A stretch of DNA of 64,000 nucleotides from Candidatus Kapaibacterium sp. (GCA_017882165.1 JADGPZ010000001.1:43529-107528); one strand, 5' to 3'; shown: positions 49,653-60,156, numbered from the stretch's first letter. Notes: generated by a model from the letters alone, not told the origin. A program made the numbers and translations.

Positions 49653-50143
49653 AGTTAGCGAGAGTGTTCATCGGTCTTGGTTCGAATATCGAGCCGATTG
49701 AGCAGCACATGAGAGATGCTGTGAAGTTGCTGCGGAGTGTTGGTGAGGTGGTGAGGGTTAGTCCGGTGTATGAGACGGAGCCGGTCGGCGAGCATCCGCA
49801 GCCAATGTATCTAAATGCTGTCGTCGAATTGCTGACGCAGGAAGGCCCGCTCGATCTGCTTCAGAAGCTGCAAGGATTCGAGCATGGAATGGGCCGGAAG
49901 TCGAGGCCGAGATGGCACGAGCGGGAAATTGATTTTGATATTCTGTTCTATGAGGATCTGATTTTGGAGAGTCCGGAACTCGTGATTCCGCATCCGGAAA
50001 TTTCGCGGCGTGCATTCGTTCTCGCGCCGCTCGCCGATTTAGATGCTAATTTTGTGCATTCGGTTTTGCACAAGGCGGTTTGGGAGTTACTGAAAGAGGT
50101 TGACACGAGTGGTGTTCGAAGAACGGAACTTGAACTCAGCTAA
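49631..50143 (+). CDS. folK: 2-amino-4-hydroxy-6-hydroxymethyldihydropteridine pyrophosphokinase
   Basis: VFIGLGSN, SPVYETEPVG, REIDFDIL, PHPE motifs. Confidence 0.85.
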   Translation: MPEEPIVELARVFIGLGSNIEPIEQHMRDAVKLLRSVGEVVRVSPVYETEPVGEHPQPMYLNAVVELLTQEGPLDLLQKLQGFEHGMGRKSRPRWHEREIDFDILFYEDLILESPELVIPHPEISRRAFVLAPLADLDANFVHSVLHKAVWELLKEVDTSGVRRTELELS

Positions 50144-50146
50144 CGA

Positions 50147-50812
50147 ATGACGGAAGACAACACGCCGCGCTACATTGCGGTCGAAGGAGCGATCGGCGCC
50201 GGCAAGACGACGTTGGCCGTAGAAATCGCCACGCGCATCGGCGCGCAGGCGGTGCTCGAAGAGTTTGAAGAAAATCCGTTCCTCGCTCATTTCTATCAGG
50301 ACCAGAAGCAACTCGCGTTTCAGACGCAAATCTTTTTCCTGCTATCCCGCTATCGGCAACAGCGAGAGATCTTGCAGCCCGACCTCTTTTACGAGCGCTG
50401 GACGAGTGACTACATCTTTGCCCGGGACCGCATCTTTGCTTCGATCAATCTGTCGGAGGCGGAGATGAAACTTTACGACGAGATCGAGCAAACGCTGAAC
50501 CGCGAGATCCCGCTGCCGGATGTCGTAATATATTTGCAGGCTGGTGTTCCGGCGCTGCTCGAAAATATCCAGAAGCGCGGCCGCCCGTTCGAGAAGCAAA
50601 TCTCACGCGAGTATCTGCATGACGTGGTTGAGGCTTACAACCATTACTTCTATCATTACCGTGCGACGCGGCTGATCGTCGTGGACGCCAACCGCATCGA
50701 CTTCGTCGAGCATCCCGAGTATGTCGATCTCGTACTTGCGGCGATCTACCGCGAGCCGCATCCGCCGGTGGAATATATTTCCGTTGTTCCGCCGCCGTTC
50801 TTTTCTGTTTAG
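50147..50812 (+). CDS. deoxynucleoside kinase
   Basis: P-loop VEGAIGAGKTT, dNK family blocks (ERW, DRIFA, LQA). Confidence 0.82.
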   Translation: MTEDNTPRYIAVEGAIGAGKTTLAVEIATRIGAQAVLEEFEENPFLAHFYQDQKQLAFQTQIFFLLSRYRQQREILQPDLFYERWTSDYIFARDRIFASINLSEAEMKLYDEIEQTLNREIPLPDVVIYLQAGVPALLENIQKRGRPFEKQISREYLHDVVEAYNHYFYHYRATRLIVVDANRIDFVEHPEYVDLVLAAIYREPHPPVEYISVVPPPFFSV

Positions 50813-50851
50813 CACGCAGACAAATTCGCCGCTTGCGGTGTTGAACTCCTA

Positions 50852-51049
50852 ATGGCACGGCTCATCGAGTTACTCTTCTTCGCATTCGTCTTCTACATGT
50901 TGATCCGGCGGATCGCCGCGCCCTTCCGGAAAGGCTATGCGGAACGCGAGCGGGAGCGTGCCCAGGATCGGGCGATTCGCCAGCAAAAGAAGGACGCGCC
51001 CAAAATCGACCGCTCGGGTGTGAAGGACGCGGAATTTAAGGATCTATAG
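50852..51049 (+). CDS. small membrane protein (DUF4834-like: one TM then charged tail)
   Basis: LIELLFFAFVFYMLI TM followed by Arg/Glu-rich tail. Confidence 0.35.
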   Translation: MARLIELLFFAFVFYMLIRRIAAPFRKGYAERERERAQDRAIRQQKKDAPKIDRSGVKDAEFKDL

Positions 51050-51073
51050 GGACACGCCGCTGGCGTGTCCTTA

Positions 51074-51316
51074 CTAAAACGGACATGCTTCCAGCGGCGA
51101 GGACTGATTCCACATCGAGTCTGGCGCGGAGTTGACTTTGCCTCCGGCCAGCGGGCGGCCCATGCCGTCCGTGTTTGCGGGCGTCGTGTCTTTTATATAG
51201 GTAACACCCTGGCGGCCACCGACCATTGCGCTATGGCGGTCGGTCATTTTGTCGGCACAGGATGCGAGTGCTGTCAGAACTAAAGCGAGAAGAATAAGGC
51301 GGCTTGTGTTTCTCAT
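51074..51316 (-). CDS. small hypothetical lipoprotein
   Basis: Signal peptide plus lipobox LTALASCAD. Confidence 0.35.
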   Translation of the reverse strand: MRNTSRLILLALVLTALASCADKMTDRHSAMVGGRQGVTYIKDTTPANTDGMGRPLAGGKVNSAPDSMWNQSSPLEACPF

Positions 51317-51484
51317 GGTGCAAATTTAGTGATGAAATCGTGAGACGGCACGATCGTGTCTCACGGCAACCCATCAATTGGCCAGTCCTAACTTTTTTGA
51401 GATTTCGGGATACTTTTTTGCCAAAAAGGTGTATAATACCTCGAACTCTCTCTCGACGAAAACAATCGAAGGGATCAAACTAAC

Positions 51485-52030
51485 ATGAACATTCGCGCAT
51501 TAGTCATCGCAGGGTTGGTTTTTCTGGGTACGAGCTTGATCGGCAACGATCCGGCAAGCGCTCAGAATTACACAATCGTGAGAAGCGTAATCGCGGCGGG
51601 AGCGACCCCGATGTCGAATGGTACGTATACCGTAGATGGTACAATCGGCCAGGCAGTTATCGGGATCGCGTCAAACGGGGTCTTCACGAACGAACAGGGG
51701 TTCTGGTACACACTGGCACCTTTCAGACAGGGCGTGACGAACATTAACGTTGGCAACGCCGAGGGATTCGCGCTCGATCAGAACTATCCGAATCCATTCA
51801 ATCCATCAACGACGATCAAGTTCTCCGTTCCGGAGCGCACGAAGGTAACAATTCGTGTCATGAACCTCCTGGGCGAAGAAGTACACGCGCCGTTAGTGGA
51901 TGAAGTGAAGGAGCCGGGGACGTGGCAGATCGATTTCCAGGACGCGGATAATCTACCCTCAGGGACATACATTTATCGCATGGATGCTGGTAGCTTTACC
52001 GCCTCCAAGCGGATGGTGCTCCTGAAGTGA
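51485..52030 (+). CDS. small secreted protein with T9SS C-terminal sorting domain
   Basis: Signal peptide; LDQNYPNPFNPSTTIKFSV...GTYIYRMDAGSFTASKRMVLLK. Confidence 0.75.
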   Translation: MNIRALVIAGLVFLGTSLIGNDPASAQNYTIVRSVIAAGATPMSNGTYTVDGTIGQAVIGIASNGVFTNEQGFWYTLAPFRQGVTNINVGNAEGFALDQNYPNPFNPSTTIKFSVPERTKVTIRVMNLLGEEVHAPLVDEVKEPGTWQIDFQDADNLPSGTYIYRMDAGSFTASKRMVLLK

Positions 52031-52078
52031 TTACCGAGAATAATTCGTAGAGAGAAGGATGAATTCATCCTTATAAGG

Positions 52079-52102
52079 CCCCTCAATTCGAGGGGTTTTT
52101 TA
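52079..52102 (+). terminator. rho-independent terminator (CCCCTC-aattc-GAGGGG plus T7), preceded by perfect 18-bp palindrome AAGGATGAATTCATCCTT at 52056..52073
   Basis: GC stem plus T-run read directly downstream of T9SS cargo gene. Confidence 0.6.
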
Positions 52103-52622
52103 TTTGACCGAGCCATTCTCTCGCCTCGCGCGGATGCTGAAATCGCAGGTGTGGAGTCTCGCAGTAGCCAAGCATGACCGGCATCTCGCGACGGCGTTTC
52201 CAATACGTTTGAAAGACCCATACCACGATGCTCTCTCGCGAGAATGTTTTTCTGAGCGTCTCGCGGTTGCCGTTCCACAATTCTTCATGGATGAACACAC
52301 GCCTCAGCGTTCGACGCAACACACGAAAGAGGACAATTCGGAACGGGTAGTCGAGCCAGACAATGAGATCGGCCTTCTCGAACTGGCGAGCGCGGTTGGC
52401 GTAATATCCATCGCAGACCCAGCGCTCGCCGGCAAGCTTCGCCTCGGCGCGATTGCAGAACTCGTTCCAGGAGACGGCAGTCCAGTTTGGATCGTGGTAG
52501 AGCGCGTCGAGCTCAATGTGCTCGCAGCGTATCCGCTCTGCCAACGAGCGGGCAAAGCGTGTTTTGCCAGAGGCAGTGGTGCCGATTACGCAAACACGAT
52601 TATATCGAATCTCGTGAGACAT
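52083..52622 (-). CDS. P-loop NTPase, adenylate-kinase-like (topology-modulation FlaR-like family)
   Basis: RVCVIGTTASGKTRFARSLAERI P-loop, small size, WLDYP. Confidence 0.7.
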   Translation of the reverse strand: MSHEIRYNRVCVIGTTASGKTRFARSLAERIRCEHIELDALYHDPNWTAVSWNEFCNRAEAKLAGERWVCDGYYANRARQFEKADLIVWLDYPFRIVLFRVLRRTLRRVFIHEELWNGNRETLRKTFSRESIVVWVFQTYWKRRREMPVMLGYCETPHLRFQHPREAREWLGQIKNPSN

Positions 52623-52654
52623 TCCGCAAAGTTACGTAAATTTCGGCCAGTACA

Positions 52655-54034
52655 ATGACCACACTGGCCGAAGTCTTCCTCGTTCTCATCCTCGTTTTGC
52701 TGAACGGCTTCTTCGTCACGGCGGAGTATGCCGCCGTCAAGCTGCGGGTGTCTCAGCTCGACGATCTGCTCGCGCTGGGCGATAAGCGCGCGCTGGCCGC
52801 CAAGCACGTCCGCGATCACATCGACACGTTCCTCTCGGCGACACAGGTCGGCATCACGCTTGCCAGCCTCGCGCTGGGCTGGATCGGCGAGCCGCTGATG
52901 TCCAGCCTGCTCGAACCAGTGTTCGGCCTTTTCAACATTTCCGCCGGGGTAGTACATGCGATCAGCTTTGGCATCGGCTTTCTGATCCTGACCTCCATCC
53001 ACATCGTCTTTGGCGAGCAAATCGCGAAAGTGTTGGCGATCAACTTCGAAGTTGAAGTGTCACTTGCGGCGGCGCGGCCACTGATGCTTTACTACCGGAT
53101 CTTCCGGCCGCTCATTTGGTCGCTGAACAAGTTGGTCAATCTCGCGCTTCGCATCTTCGGATTGCCGAAAGCATCCGAAGAAGGCGGACACACCCGCGAA
53201 GAATTGCGGAACGTGATCCTCGAATCGGCACGGCGTGGTGTCGTCGAGCGGCAGGAATCGACGATCATCGAATCGCTCTTTGAGTTCGGCGAGATGACCG
53301 TGCGGGAGATCATGGTCCATCGCTCGGAGGCCGTCGCGATCGATCTCGATATGGAACCGCGAGAGATACTGCAGATCGTCGAAGACGAAGGCTATTCGCG
53401 CTTGCCGGTTTTTCGCGGTTCGTTCGACAGCATCGTGGGAGTGCTTCATGTGAAGGATCTCTTCCCCGTCATCGGCCAACTTGAGCGGCTGAGCGTGCCA
53501 AGCCATGCGACAGACAAAGACTTCCAGGCTCTACTGGAACGCTCGATTCGTCCGGCCTTCTTTGTGAGCGAGACGCAGCCGATCTCGCAGCTTTTACGCG
53601 AATTCCAAAAGCGACGCGTCCACATGGGTATCGTCGTGAGCGAGCACGGCGGCGTCGAGGGCATCGTCACGCTCGAAGATATTTTGGAGGAGTTGGTCGG
53701 TGAGATTCGCGATGAGTCCGACACTGCGGAAACGCCGGATGTGATTGAGAAGGACGGCGCGATCTATGTCGATCCGACGATGACCGTCGCCGACTTCAAT
53801 CAACAATTTGAAGACCGTTTGCCGAAGCTTGAAGAGAGCGGCGACTACCAGACGCTCTCCGGCTACGTGCAGAAGCACGCGGGTCGCATCCCTTCGATCG
53901 GTGACGCGATCGCCGTGAATGGCCTCCGCTTCACAGTTACTCGCAAAATCCGGCACAAACTGGAGCAGATCAAGATCGAGCGGATGGAAGCAGCGGACAC
54001 CGCTCATGATGATAAGACAACACCAGCAGCCTGA
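52655..54034 (+). CDS. CNNM/HlyC/CorC-family transporter-associated protein (DUF21 TM domain, CBS pair, CorC_HlyC)
   Basis: N-terminal DUF21 TM block, two CBS domains, C-terminal transporter-associated domain. Confidence 0.88.
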   Translation: MTTLAEVFLVLILVLLNGFFVTAEYAAVKLRVSQLDDLLALGDKRALAAKHVRDHIDTFLSATQVGITLASLALGWIGEPLMSSLLEPVFGLFNISAGVVHAISFGIGFLILTSIHIVFGEQIAKVLAINFEVEVSLAAARPLMLYYRIFRPLIWSLNKLVNLALRIFGLPKASEEGGHTREELRNVILESARRGVVERQESTIIESLFEFGEMTVREIMVHRSEAVAIDLDMEPREILQIVEDEGYSRLPVFRGSFDSIVGVLHVKDLFPVIGQLERLSVPSHATDKDFQALLERSIRPAFFVSETQPISQLLREFQKRRVHMGIVVSEHGGVEGIVTLEDILEELVGEIRDESDTAETPDVIEKDGAIYVDPTMTVADFNQQFEDRLPKLEESGDYQTLSGYVQKHAGRIPSIGDAIAVNGLRFTVTRKIRHKLEQIKIERMEAADTAHDDKTTPAA

Positions 54035-54072
54035 AGTCGGAATTACTTTCTGCGAGTTTCCATTTTGAATCT

Positions 54073-54762
54073 ATGAATCTCAGCCGACTGATTAAACACG
54101 AATGGCTTCAGATTATCATTCTGGTTGCACCGTTCGTTATCATCCCGTTCATTTGGGATCAACTGCCAGACAACGTCCCGACGCACTGGGGTTGGCACGG
54201 CAAAGCCAATGGCTGGATGCCGAGAGGCATTGGGACGTTTCTCATTCCCGTCCTCAACATCGCAATTGCGCTTCTGCTTGGCTTAATTTCGAAAGTTGAT
54301 CCCAAAGTTGCCAAGGCCAACGTTTCAGCGACCGCAATCTACAAGCTGCGACTTATCATCACGAGTTTTCTGCTACTGTTCTTCTTCATCAATATGAAGA
54401 TCGCGCTCGGTATGGAGACACCGTCCGGCACTCCACTCGATACGGAGCACATTCCCATCTATGCCATCGCGGTCTTTCTCCTTCTCGTCGGACATAACCT
54501 GCCCGGCATTCAGCCGAATTACTTCATTGGTGTCCGCACACCGTGGACGCTGGAAGACCCCGAGAACTGGCGGCTGACACACAAGATGACTGGACATCTC
54601 TGGGTGATCGCGTCGATTGCATTCTTGCCAATTTATCTTGTGCTACCCCCGGATGAAGCGCATGATGCTTTCATTATCTATCTCGTAACCGTTATCGTCC
54701 CACCGATTGCTTACTCGTTTTGGCTTTTTCAGCGTACGAAGAAGGCAATGTCCCAAAGCTAA
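54073..54762 (+). CDS. DUF1648/SdpI-YhfL family membrane protein
   Basis: WGWHGKANGWMPRGIGTFLIP DUF1648 plus SdpI-like C-terminal TM helices. Confidence 0.65.
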   Translation: MNLSRLIKHEWLQIIILVAPFVIIPFIWDQLPDNVPTHWGWHGKANGWMPRGIGTFLIPVLNIAIALLLGLISKVDPKVAKANVSATAIYKLRLIITSFLLLFFFINMKIALGMETPSGTPLDTEHIPIYAIAVFLLLVGHNLPGIQPNYFIGVRTPWTLEDPENWRLTHKMTGHLWVIASIAFLPIYLVLPPDEAHDAFIIYLVTVIVPPIAYSFWLFQRTKKAMSQS

Positions 54763-54782
54763 GCGCTATTACTACCCGCAAC

Positions 54783-55220
54783 TCAGTTGCGATCTTTAAG
54801 GCGATAGACGAACTTCAGGCCGCTCCAGGTCTCGTCGATCGCAGCGACCTTGACATCAACCAGACCATTGGCGAGACCAATCTCTCGCACTAAATTCTCA
54901 CTCACATCCGTCTCTACATTCGATGACCTCTTCGGCCAGGAGATCCAGAGCACTCCCGCGGGCTTCAAGCGCTTCGCAAGGACCGGGAATACATGACCGA
55001 GTCCAAGCGCGCTCGAAGTAAAGAAGTGGAGAAAGTCGTAGGAATCGAGATCGAGTTCGGTATCGAAATTCTCGATGCCGACGAGTGATGCATAGTACGG
55101 CGGCCCTTCCAGGATTGCGACCGACGTGCCGTCTTTAATACCAAGCTTATCCTTCAGCGGACGCTTGGAATATCCTGCAGGGTTGGGCTTTGCTTTGAGT
55201 GACTTACGCTTGGATGGCAT
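54783..55220 (-). CDS. DUF3052-family protein
   Basis: AGYSKRPLKDKLGIKDGTSVAILEGP typical DUF3052 N-terminus. Confidence 0.55.
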   Translation of the reverse strand: MPSKRKSLKAKPNPAGYSKRPLKDKLGIKDGTSVAILEGPPYYASLVGIENFDTELDLDSYDFLHFFTSSALGLGHVFPVLAKRLKPAGVLWISWPKRSSNVETDVSENLVREIGLANGLVDVKVAAIDETWSGLKFVYRLKDRN

Positions 55221-55225
55221 AACGT

Positions 55226-55936
55226 TCAGTCCAAAAGCAACAACCGAAGGATAGCATCTGAATCCTCTAACGACTGAATTTCTGGGACACTGTCATCCGG
55301 CCGCGTGCTCGCGTAGCAGTTGTACCACACGCCGCGAATGCCTGCGCCCCGCGCACCGAGAATGTCGTTCTCCCACGCATCGCCCAGCATGATGGCCTCG
55401 TCTGCGGTACATTCGAGGCGATTAAGGGCAGCTTGGAATATTCGCGCATCCGGCTTTGAGTATCCGGCTTCTTCGGAGATCGTCGTGGAGTCGATGAGGT
55501 GCAACAACCCGCAATGTTGAAGTTTGTCCATCTGCTCCTCGACGAGATTGTTCGTAACGATTGCCGTCTTGAGACCCCGGCTTCGAACAGCTCGAAGCAG
55601 AGCATGCGCTCCGGGCGTTGCACGCCTCGATTCTTGATACCGTGCTCGGTACCGATCCGCCACGTCCTGAAGACTCTCTGGAGAAGGCAGCAGACCGTAT
55701 CGACCAAGCATCATTCCAAATCGCTTCACGCGCGCTTCGTCAGCATTGAGTGCTCCCGCAAGAACCTCGATATGGACCTCGTTCAGGATTACAAGATTGA
55801 TCGCCTCAAGTTCGTCAAGCGAAATACTCCCGAGTCCATCTGCATAGTGTTGCTGCAGCACTCGAAGTGCGGCACGCGAGCTATGCCGATGATCGAACAG
55901 CGTATCATCGAGATCGAACAAGATAGCCTTTAACAC
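55226..55936 (-). CDS. HAD-superfamily hydrolase (subfamily IA)
   Basis: ILFDLDDTL motif I, TNN motif II, K...GDAWENDILGARGAG motifs III/IV. Confidence 0.85.
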   Translation of the reverse strand: MLKAILFDLDDTLFDHRHSSRAALRVLQQHYADGLGSISLDELEAINLVILNEVHIEVLAGALNADEARVKRFGMMLGRYGLLPSPESLQDVADRYRARYQESRRATPGAHALLRAVRSRGLKTAIVTNNLVEEQMDKLQHCGLLHLIDSTTISEEAGYSKPDARIFQAALNRLECTADEAIMLGDAWENDILGARGAGIRGVWYNCYASTRPDDSVPEIQSLEDSDAILRLLLLD

Positions 55937-55939
55937 CCG

Positions 55940-56665
55940 TCAAACACTCCCCTTCATGCTGGCCGAAGGACATAACTCATCAACGACACAGTGTGAACAC
56001 TTCGGCTTGCGCGCATCGCAGATGGCACGCCCGTGCAGGATCAGCACGTGCGATGTGAGTGTCCACTGTGCCGGTTTGGCGAGCTTCATCAGGTCTTGCT
56101 CGATCTTTGTGGGATCGGTCTCTTTCGAGAGTCCCAACCGCCCCGAGAGTCGCGTTACATGCGTATCGACCGCAATGCCTTCGGACTTTCCGAAGGCATC
56201 GCCGAGCACCACATTTGCTGTCTTGCGGCCCACGCCACGTAACGTTACTAATTGCTCCATGGTATCAGGCACACTGCCGCCAAACTTCTCGACGATGTCC
56301 GTCGCCATGGATTTCAGCGACTTGGCCTTCTGATGGAAGAAGCCGGTCGATCTGATTACGTCTTCGATGTCGGCAATCTCAGCATTAGCCAGCCTTTTCG
56401 GATTCGGGAATGCCTTGCTAAAATCCGGCATCACCATATTCACGCGTTTATCGGTACACTGTGCTGAGAGAATGGTCGCGGCGAGAAGTTCATACGCATT
56501 CGTAAACTCCAGCGCGCATTTCGCATCGGGATATGCCTTGTGAAGGAGCGCAAAGATTTTTTGGAATCGCGCTTTGCGATCCTCGACAGACTCTCCGCTC
56601 GGCAACCTTCTCGGCTCCAACGCACCGTCCTTCGGAACTGCTATTTCTCGATTTCCACTCATCAC
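55940..56665 (-). CDS. nth: endonuclease III
   Basis: HhH-GPD LVTLRGVGRKTANVVL, catalytic K and D, C-terminal 4Fe-4S Cys cluster CDARKPKCSHCVVDELCP. Confidence 0.92.
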   Translation of the reverse strand: MMSGNREIAVPKDGALEPRRLPSGESVEDRKARFQKIFALLHKAYPDAKCALEFTNAYELLAATILSAQCTDKRVNMVMPDFSKAFPNPKRLANAEIADIEDVIRSTGFFHQKAKSLKSMATDIVEKFGGSVPDTMEQLVTLRGVGRKTANVVLGDAFGKSEGIAVDTHVTRLSGRLGLSKETDPTKIEQDLMKLAKPAQWTLTSHVLILHGRAICDARKPKCSHCVVDELCPSASMKGSV

Positions 56666-57351
56666 TTTATACCTCGGTATGCTTTAATTCCACTCAAGCC
56701 TTCGCGCTCGACGATCGCGCACAGCGAATCCGCTTCCATACGGTTGTACCGATACGTCGGCGATTCCATCTTGTGAATGATCGCACCCGCTGCGCCAGCG
56801 CGCTCGAAGAAGTCGTTATCATCCCCATAGAGAACATCGCGGAAGCCGTGCAAGCGTTCCGCCAGATCGCGGCGAATGACGAACGTCCCACCGACGACGC
56901 ATTCCGAAATTGGGATTTGCCGCGAAGGATCGTGCTTATCGGCAACCGTCGCGGGGCCAATGACTTCCAAACCGCCATGCAACAACGCAACTTCCGGATG
57001 AGCTTGAAGATATTCGGCACGAAGCGCGAGATGCTCTGGCAAGTACTCGTCGTCGGAATCGAGGAAGGTGAAGTATCGTCCTTGCCCGAGTGTCAATCCG
57101 ATATTCCTCGCTAGGGCAAGGCCACGATTCGATGCGTAGTGATATCGGATTCGCTTCTCAAACAGTGGGTCAGGCCGCAGGGCGTCGTAGGTAGAGTCCG
57201 TCGAGCCGTCGTCGATAATTAGCAACTCCCAATCTTGGAATAACTGGTTGCGGACAGTTACGACGGCCCTGCGTGACAAGGCGTCTCGGTTGTATGTCGG
57301 CAGAATGACAGAGAAGAAGGGTGTCGAGCCACCTCCAATATCGAGAATCAT
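56662..57351 (-). CDS. family 2 glycosyltransferase
   Basis: FSVILPTYNR, LIIDDGSTD, FLDSDDE motifs. Confidence 0.85.
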   Translation of the reverse strand: MILDIGGGSTPFFSVILPTYNRDALSRRAVVTVRNQLFQDWELLIIDDGSTDSTYDALRPDPLFEKRIRYHYASNRGLALARNIGLTLGQGRYFTFLDSDDEYLPEHLALRAEYLQAHPEVALLHGGLEVIGPATVADKHDPSRQIPISECVVGGTFVIRRDLAERLHGFRDVLYGDDNDFFERAGAAGAIIHKMESPTYRYNRMEADSLCAIVEREGLSGIKAYRGIK

Positions 57352-58223
57352 TGCTCGCTCAGCAATCCCATGCGAATCAGCTTCTGGCGGAATTCCTCCG
57401 ACTCGCGCTTTGTGAAGCTTGGTCCTGGGGCGGGCTGCGCTTTCGTAAAGTTGTCGGACGAAATCGCAGCGCCAAGCATCTGCCGGAGCAAATCTGCTTC
57501 CCGCTTTGAGAGTGAAACAGCCTCAAGCCAGTAATCATTGAACGCTTCAAACGAGCGTGGGAAATACTGTTTTGCCAATTCGCGAATCGCATTCGCATAC
57601 ATCCGGATTTCGTACTGCGCGTTCTGGTCCATGCGGAGTTGCAGGAAGCGAAACCAGTTGAGCAGATTGCCGGTCGCGACGAACGTCGAGTAATGCGAGA
57701 CCGGCATGTTCAACCGCGCCAGCTCGCGAGCGACGTTATGCGTCTGGATCAGTTCAGTGTAGCCGGCTTCGAACTCCTGCTGCTCCTCGCTCCACTCGCG
57801 AATAAATCGCTCGGCATCGGGATGTTGCTCGCCTGAGCCTTGATGATTGCTCTTCGCTTGATAGGCGACGCGCTCGGGAGTGGGTGTGTAATAGAGTGGA
57901 TCGAGCTGCTTGTAGCGGCCGGACTCCTCGTTGTAGCTGAAGGTCCGGTGCCGATGCCACTCGCGGATGACCATGATGGGCGCGCGAATCTCGAACTTCA
58001 GCACGGAGCCTTCGAAGGGCGTCGTGTGCTTGTGCCTTAGCAGGAAACGGACGAGCGTCGTCTGCGCGTCTTCGCTGCGCGCGGCCACGCCGGTCGAGAT
58101 GCGCGCATCGGAGTCCGGCGAGGAGTCGTCCCCCATCACGTCGAGCAGACGGACATAGCCGTGATCGAGGACGGGCTTTTCAGATTCTAACTTTGGATTA
58201 AGCGGCATGATCTGACTCAACAC
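57348..58223 (-). CDS. thyX: FAD-dependent thymidylate synthase
   Basis: ThyX signature REWHRHRTFSYNEESGRY (RHRxxSxxxxSxR). Confidence 0.9.
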   Translation of the reverse strand: MLSQIMPLNPKLESEKPVLDHGYVRLLDVMGDDSSPDSDARISTGVAARSEDAQTTLVRFLLRHKHTTPFEGSVLKFEIRAPIMVIREWHRHRTFSYNEESGRYKQLDPLYYTPTPERVAYQAKSNHQGSGEQHPDAERFIREWSEEQQEFEAGYTELIQTHNVARELARLNMPVSHYSTFVATGNLLNWFRFLQLRMDQNAQYEIRMYANAIRELAKQYFPRSFEAFNDYWLEAVSLSKREADLLRQMLGAAISSDNFTKAQPAPGPSFTKRESEEFRQKLIRMGLLSEQ

Positions 58224-58322
58224 GTCGGGAAAAAGAATAATTAGTCAGAGTTCTCCGCCAGTCACTATCCTCGTCACGTTGCCGATCACGGTTTCGATTC
58301 GTAACGCGCAAGTTCGTGAGCG

Positions 58323-58772
58323 TCAGATCTTAAACCGCTTCCGAACATCCTCGATTGTATCTTTGGTCAGATCGAGCGGCAGAACCTTCGTTATTTTCGC
58401 GCGAACGCCCTTGCTAAGCTCCTCCGTCACAGCATTGTGGATCGCCTTCGGAAGCGAGAGATAATACTCGTCCGCAGGAGTATGCGCGACGATGCCCTCA
58501 ATATCATGCGCGATGGCGCGGAGCGCCGATTTCAGCAGTTCACTCTTCAGCTGATGTGCCTCTCCGCTCCCGCGCCGCGCGCTCCTCGCATCTCCCGAGC
58601 CTCGGAATGAACCCTTGCCGTCGCTCAACTGGTCGCTCAGCTTGGTGTGGGCCTTCGTATAAGTGATCTTCTTGATGAGGTCGGCTTTTCGGCGATGCTC
58701 TAACGAACGTTCGTGTGTAAAGTAAGCTTTCAATCCGCCGGTATCGGCAACGATGATGAGATAGGATTTCAT
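58323..58772 (-). CDS. host-attachment-protein family (eRF1-like fold) protein
   Basis: MKSYLIIVADTGGLKAYF N-terminus and size typical of PF10116-like proteins. Confidence 0.45.
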   Translation of the reverse strand: MKSYLIIVADTGGLKAYFTHERSLEHRRKADLIKKITYTKAHTKLSDQLSDGKGSFRGSGDARSARRGSGEAHQLKSELLKSALRAIAHDIEGIVAHTPADEYYLSLPKAIHNAVTEELSKGVRAKITKVLPLDLTKDTIEDVRKRFKI

Positions 58773-58821
58773 ACGAGTTAGATTTGGTATTTAAAGATGG
58801 CGTGTAATGCGTATTACTGCA

Positions 58822-59400
58822 TTACGATGCGACGATCATATTGTTCGGCTTTTTCTCGAAATATATGAAGAGCGATGCGATGGCTAATCCGAGGAACGCG
58901 CCCATTAGTGCCCCACCCGCCACATCGCTCGGATAGTGCAGCCCCTCATAGATGCGGCCGAGACTGATGAGTAACGCCGCGACGAATAGCCAATAAGTGC
59001 TCCGCTTCCTGGGCCAGAGCGTTACGAAGAACGCGGCAATCGCGAAATTATTCAGCGCGTGACTCGATGGGAAGCTTTCGTCCCATCGTTCGCCCTCCGG
59101 CAGACGAATCCACGAAACTACGTGCTGGCCATCCAGCGCGGTGGCACAGGGGCGCGGACGATTCACACTGGGCTTGATAATGTAATGTGCCAGTGAATCT
59201 GTAGCAGCAATGAGGAGCAGAGCCGCAATGAGCATTCGCACCCCACGCCATTTATAGCGACAGATGAGAAATATTCCTCCAATTACGTAGACGGGAAACC
59301 AATAGCGAACGGTGGTCAGCACATGCGTCAGTATGTCGAGCGCCGGCGAGGCAAGCGTCTGATTGAAGAAGTGCAGGATGGCGAGGTCGAGCTCGTGCAT
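58822..59400 (-). CDS. PAP2-family phosphatase
   Basis: KPSVNRPRP, PSSH, GRIYEGLHYPSDV PAP2 motifs; multi-TM. Confidence 0.85.
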   Translation of the reverse strand: MHELDLAILHFFNQTLASPALDILTHVLTTVRYWFPVYVIGGIFLICRYKWRGVRMLIAALLLIAATDSLAHYIIKPSVNRPRPCATALDGQHVVSWIRLPEGERWDESFPSSHALNNFAIAAFFVTLWPRKRSTYWLFVAALLISLGRIYEGLHYPSDVAGGALMGAFLGLAIASLFIYFEKKPNNMIVAS

Positions 59401-60147
59401 CTACCGGGCGAGCGTGAGTGGTGAGCGATACCGTTCGAGAAAAAGCGAGATGATCGGATTACGCGACGCATTCAATTCAGCGGGAGGGCCATCGAAATGG
59501 ACTTTACCCTCGTGCAAGAAGACCATCCGCTTTGCAATCCGCTCGACTGTGAACATATCGTGCGTGACGATCACGCTGGTGGCACGGAGCTTCGCCGTAA
59601 GGCCTTCGATCAGGCCATCAATTTGGTCGCTGGTGATCGGGTCGAGTCCGGTGGTCGGCTCGTCGTAGAACATGTACTTCGGATTGGTGGCAAGCGCCCG
59701 CGCAAGCGCGACTCGCTTCTTCATGCCGCCGGAGAGATTCGAAGGCATTCGCTCTTCAATACCATGAAGTCCGACCAGCGCCAACTTCTCCTTGGTGATG
59801 CGTGCAAGTTCTTTCTCATCTCTCAAACCATGTTCGCGAAGCCCGAGCGTAACATTCTCCAGGACGGTCATCGAATCGAACAGCGCCGAACCTTGAAAGA
59901 GAAAGCCGAGCTCTTGCCGGATTTTTTCAATGACCCGTGGCTTGGCCGTGCTCATGTTCACGCCATCCACGATGACCTCGCCCGAATCCGGCTGCATGAG
60001 TCCGATGATATGCTTGAGCAATACGCTCTTGCCGCAACCGCTTTGGCCGATGATCGCGACCGTATCACCATCGTTGATGCGTAAGTCGATGCCGCGCAGG
60101 ACTTCCTGCTCGCCAAACGACTTGTGGAGATTACGAATCTCGATCAT
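59401..60147 (-). CDS. mlaF: ABC transporter ATP-binding protein, MlaF-like
   Basis: GQSGCGKS, LSGGMKKRVALARAL, FYDEPTTGLD; adjacent MlaE permease. Confidence 0.85.
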   Translation of the reverse strand: MIEIRNLHKSFGEQEVLRGIDLRINDGDTVAIIGQSGCGKSVLLKHIIGLMQPDSGEVIVDGVNMSTAKPRVIEKIRQELGFLFQGSALFDSMTVLENVTLGLREHGLRDEKELARITKEKLALVGLHGIEERMPSNLSGGMKKRVALARALATNPKYMFYDEPTTGLDPITSDQIDGLIEGLTAKLRATSVIVTHDMFTVERIAKRMVFLHEGKVHFDGPPAELNASRNPIISLFLERYRSPLTLAR

Positions 60148-60156
60148 GGCACTGTG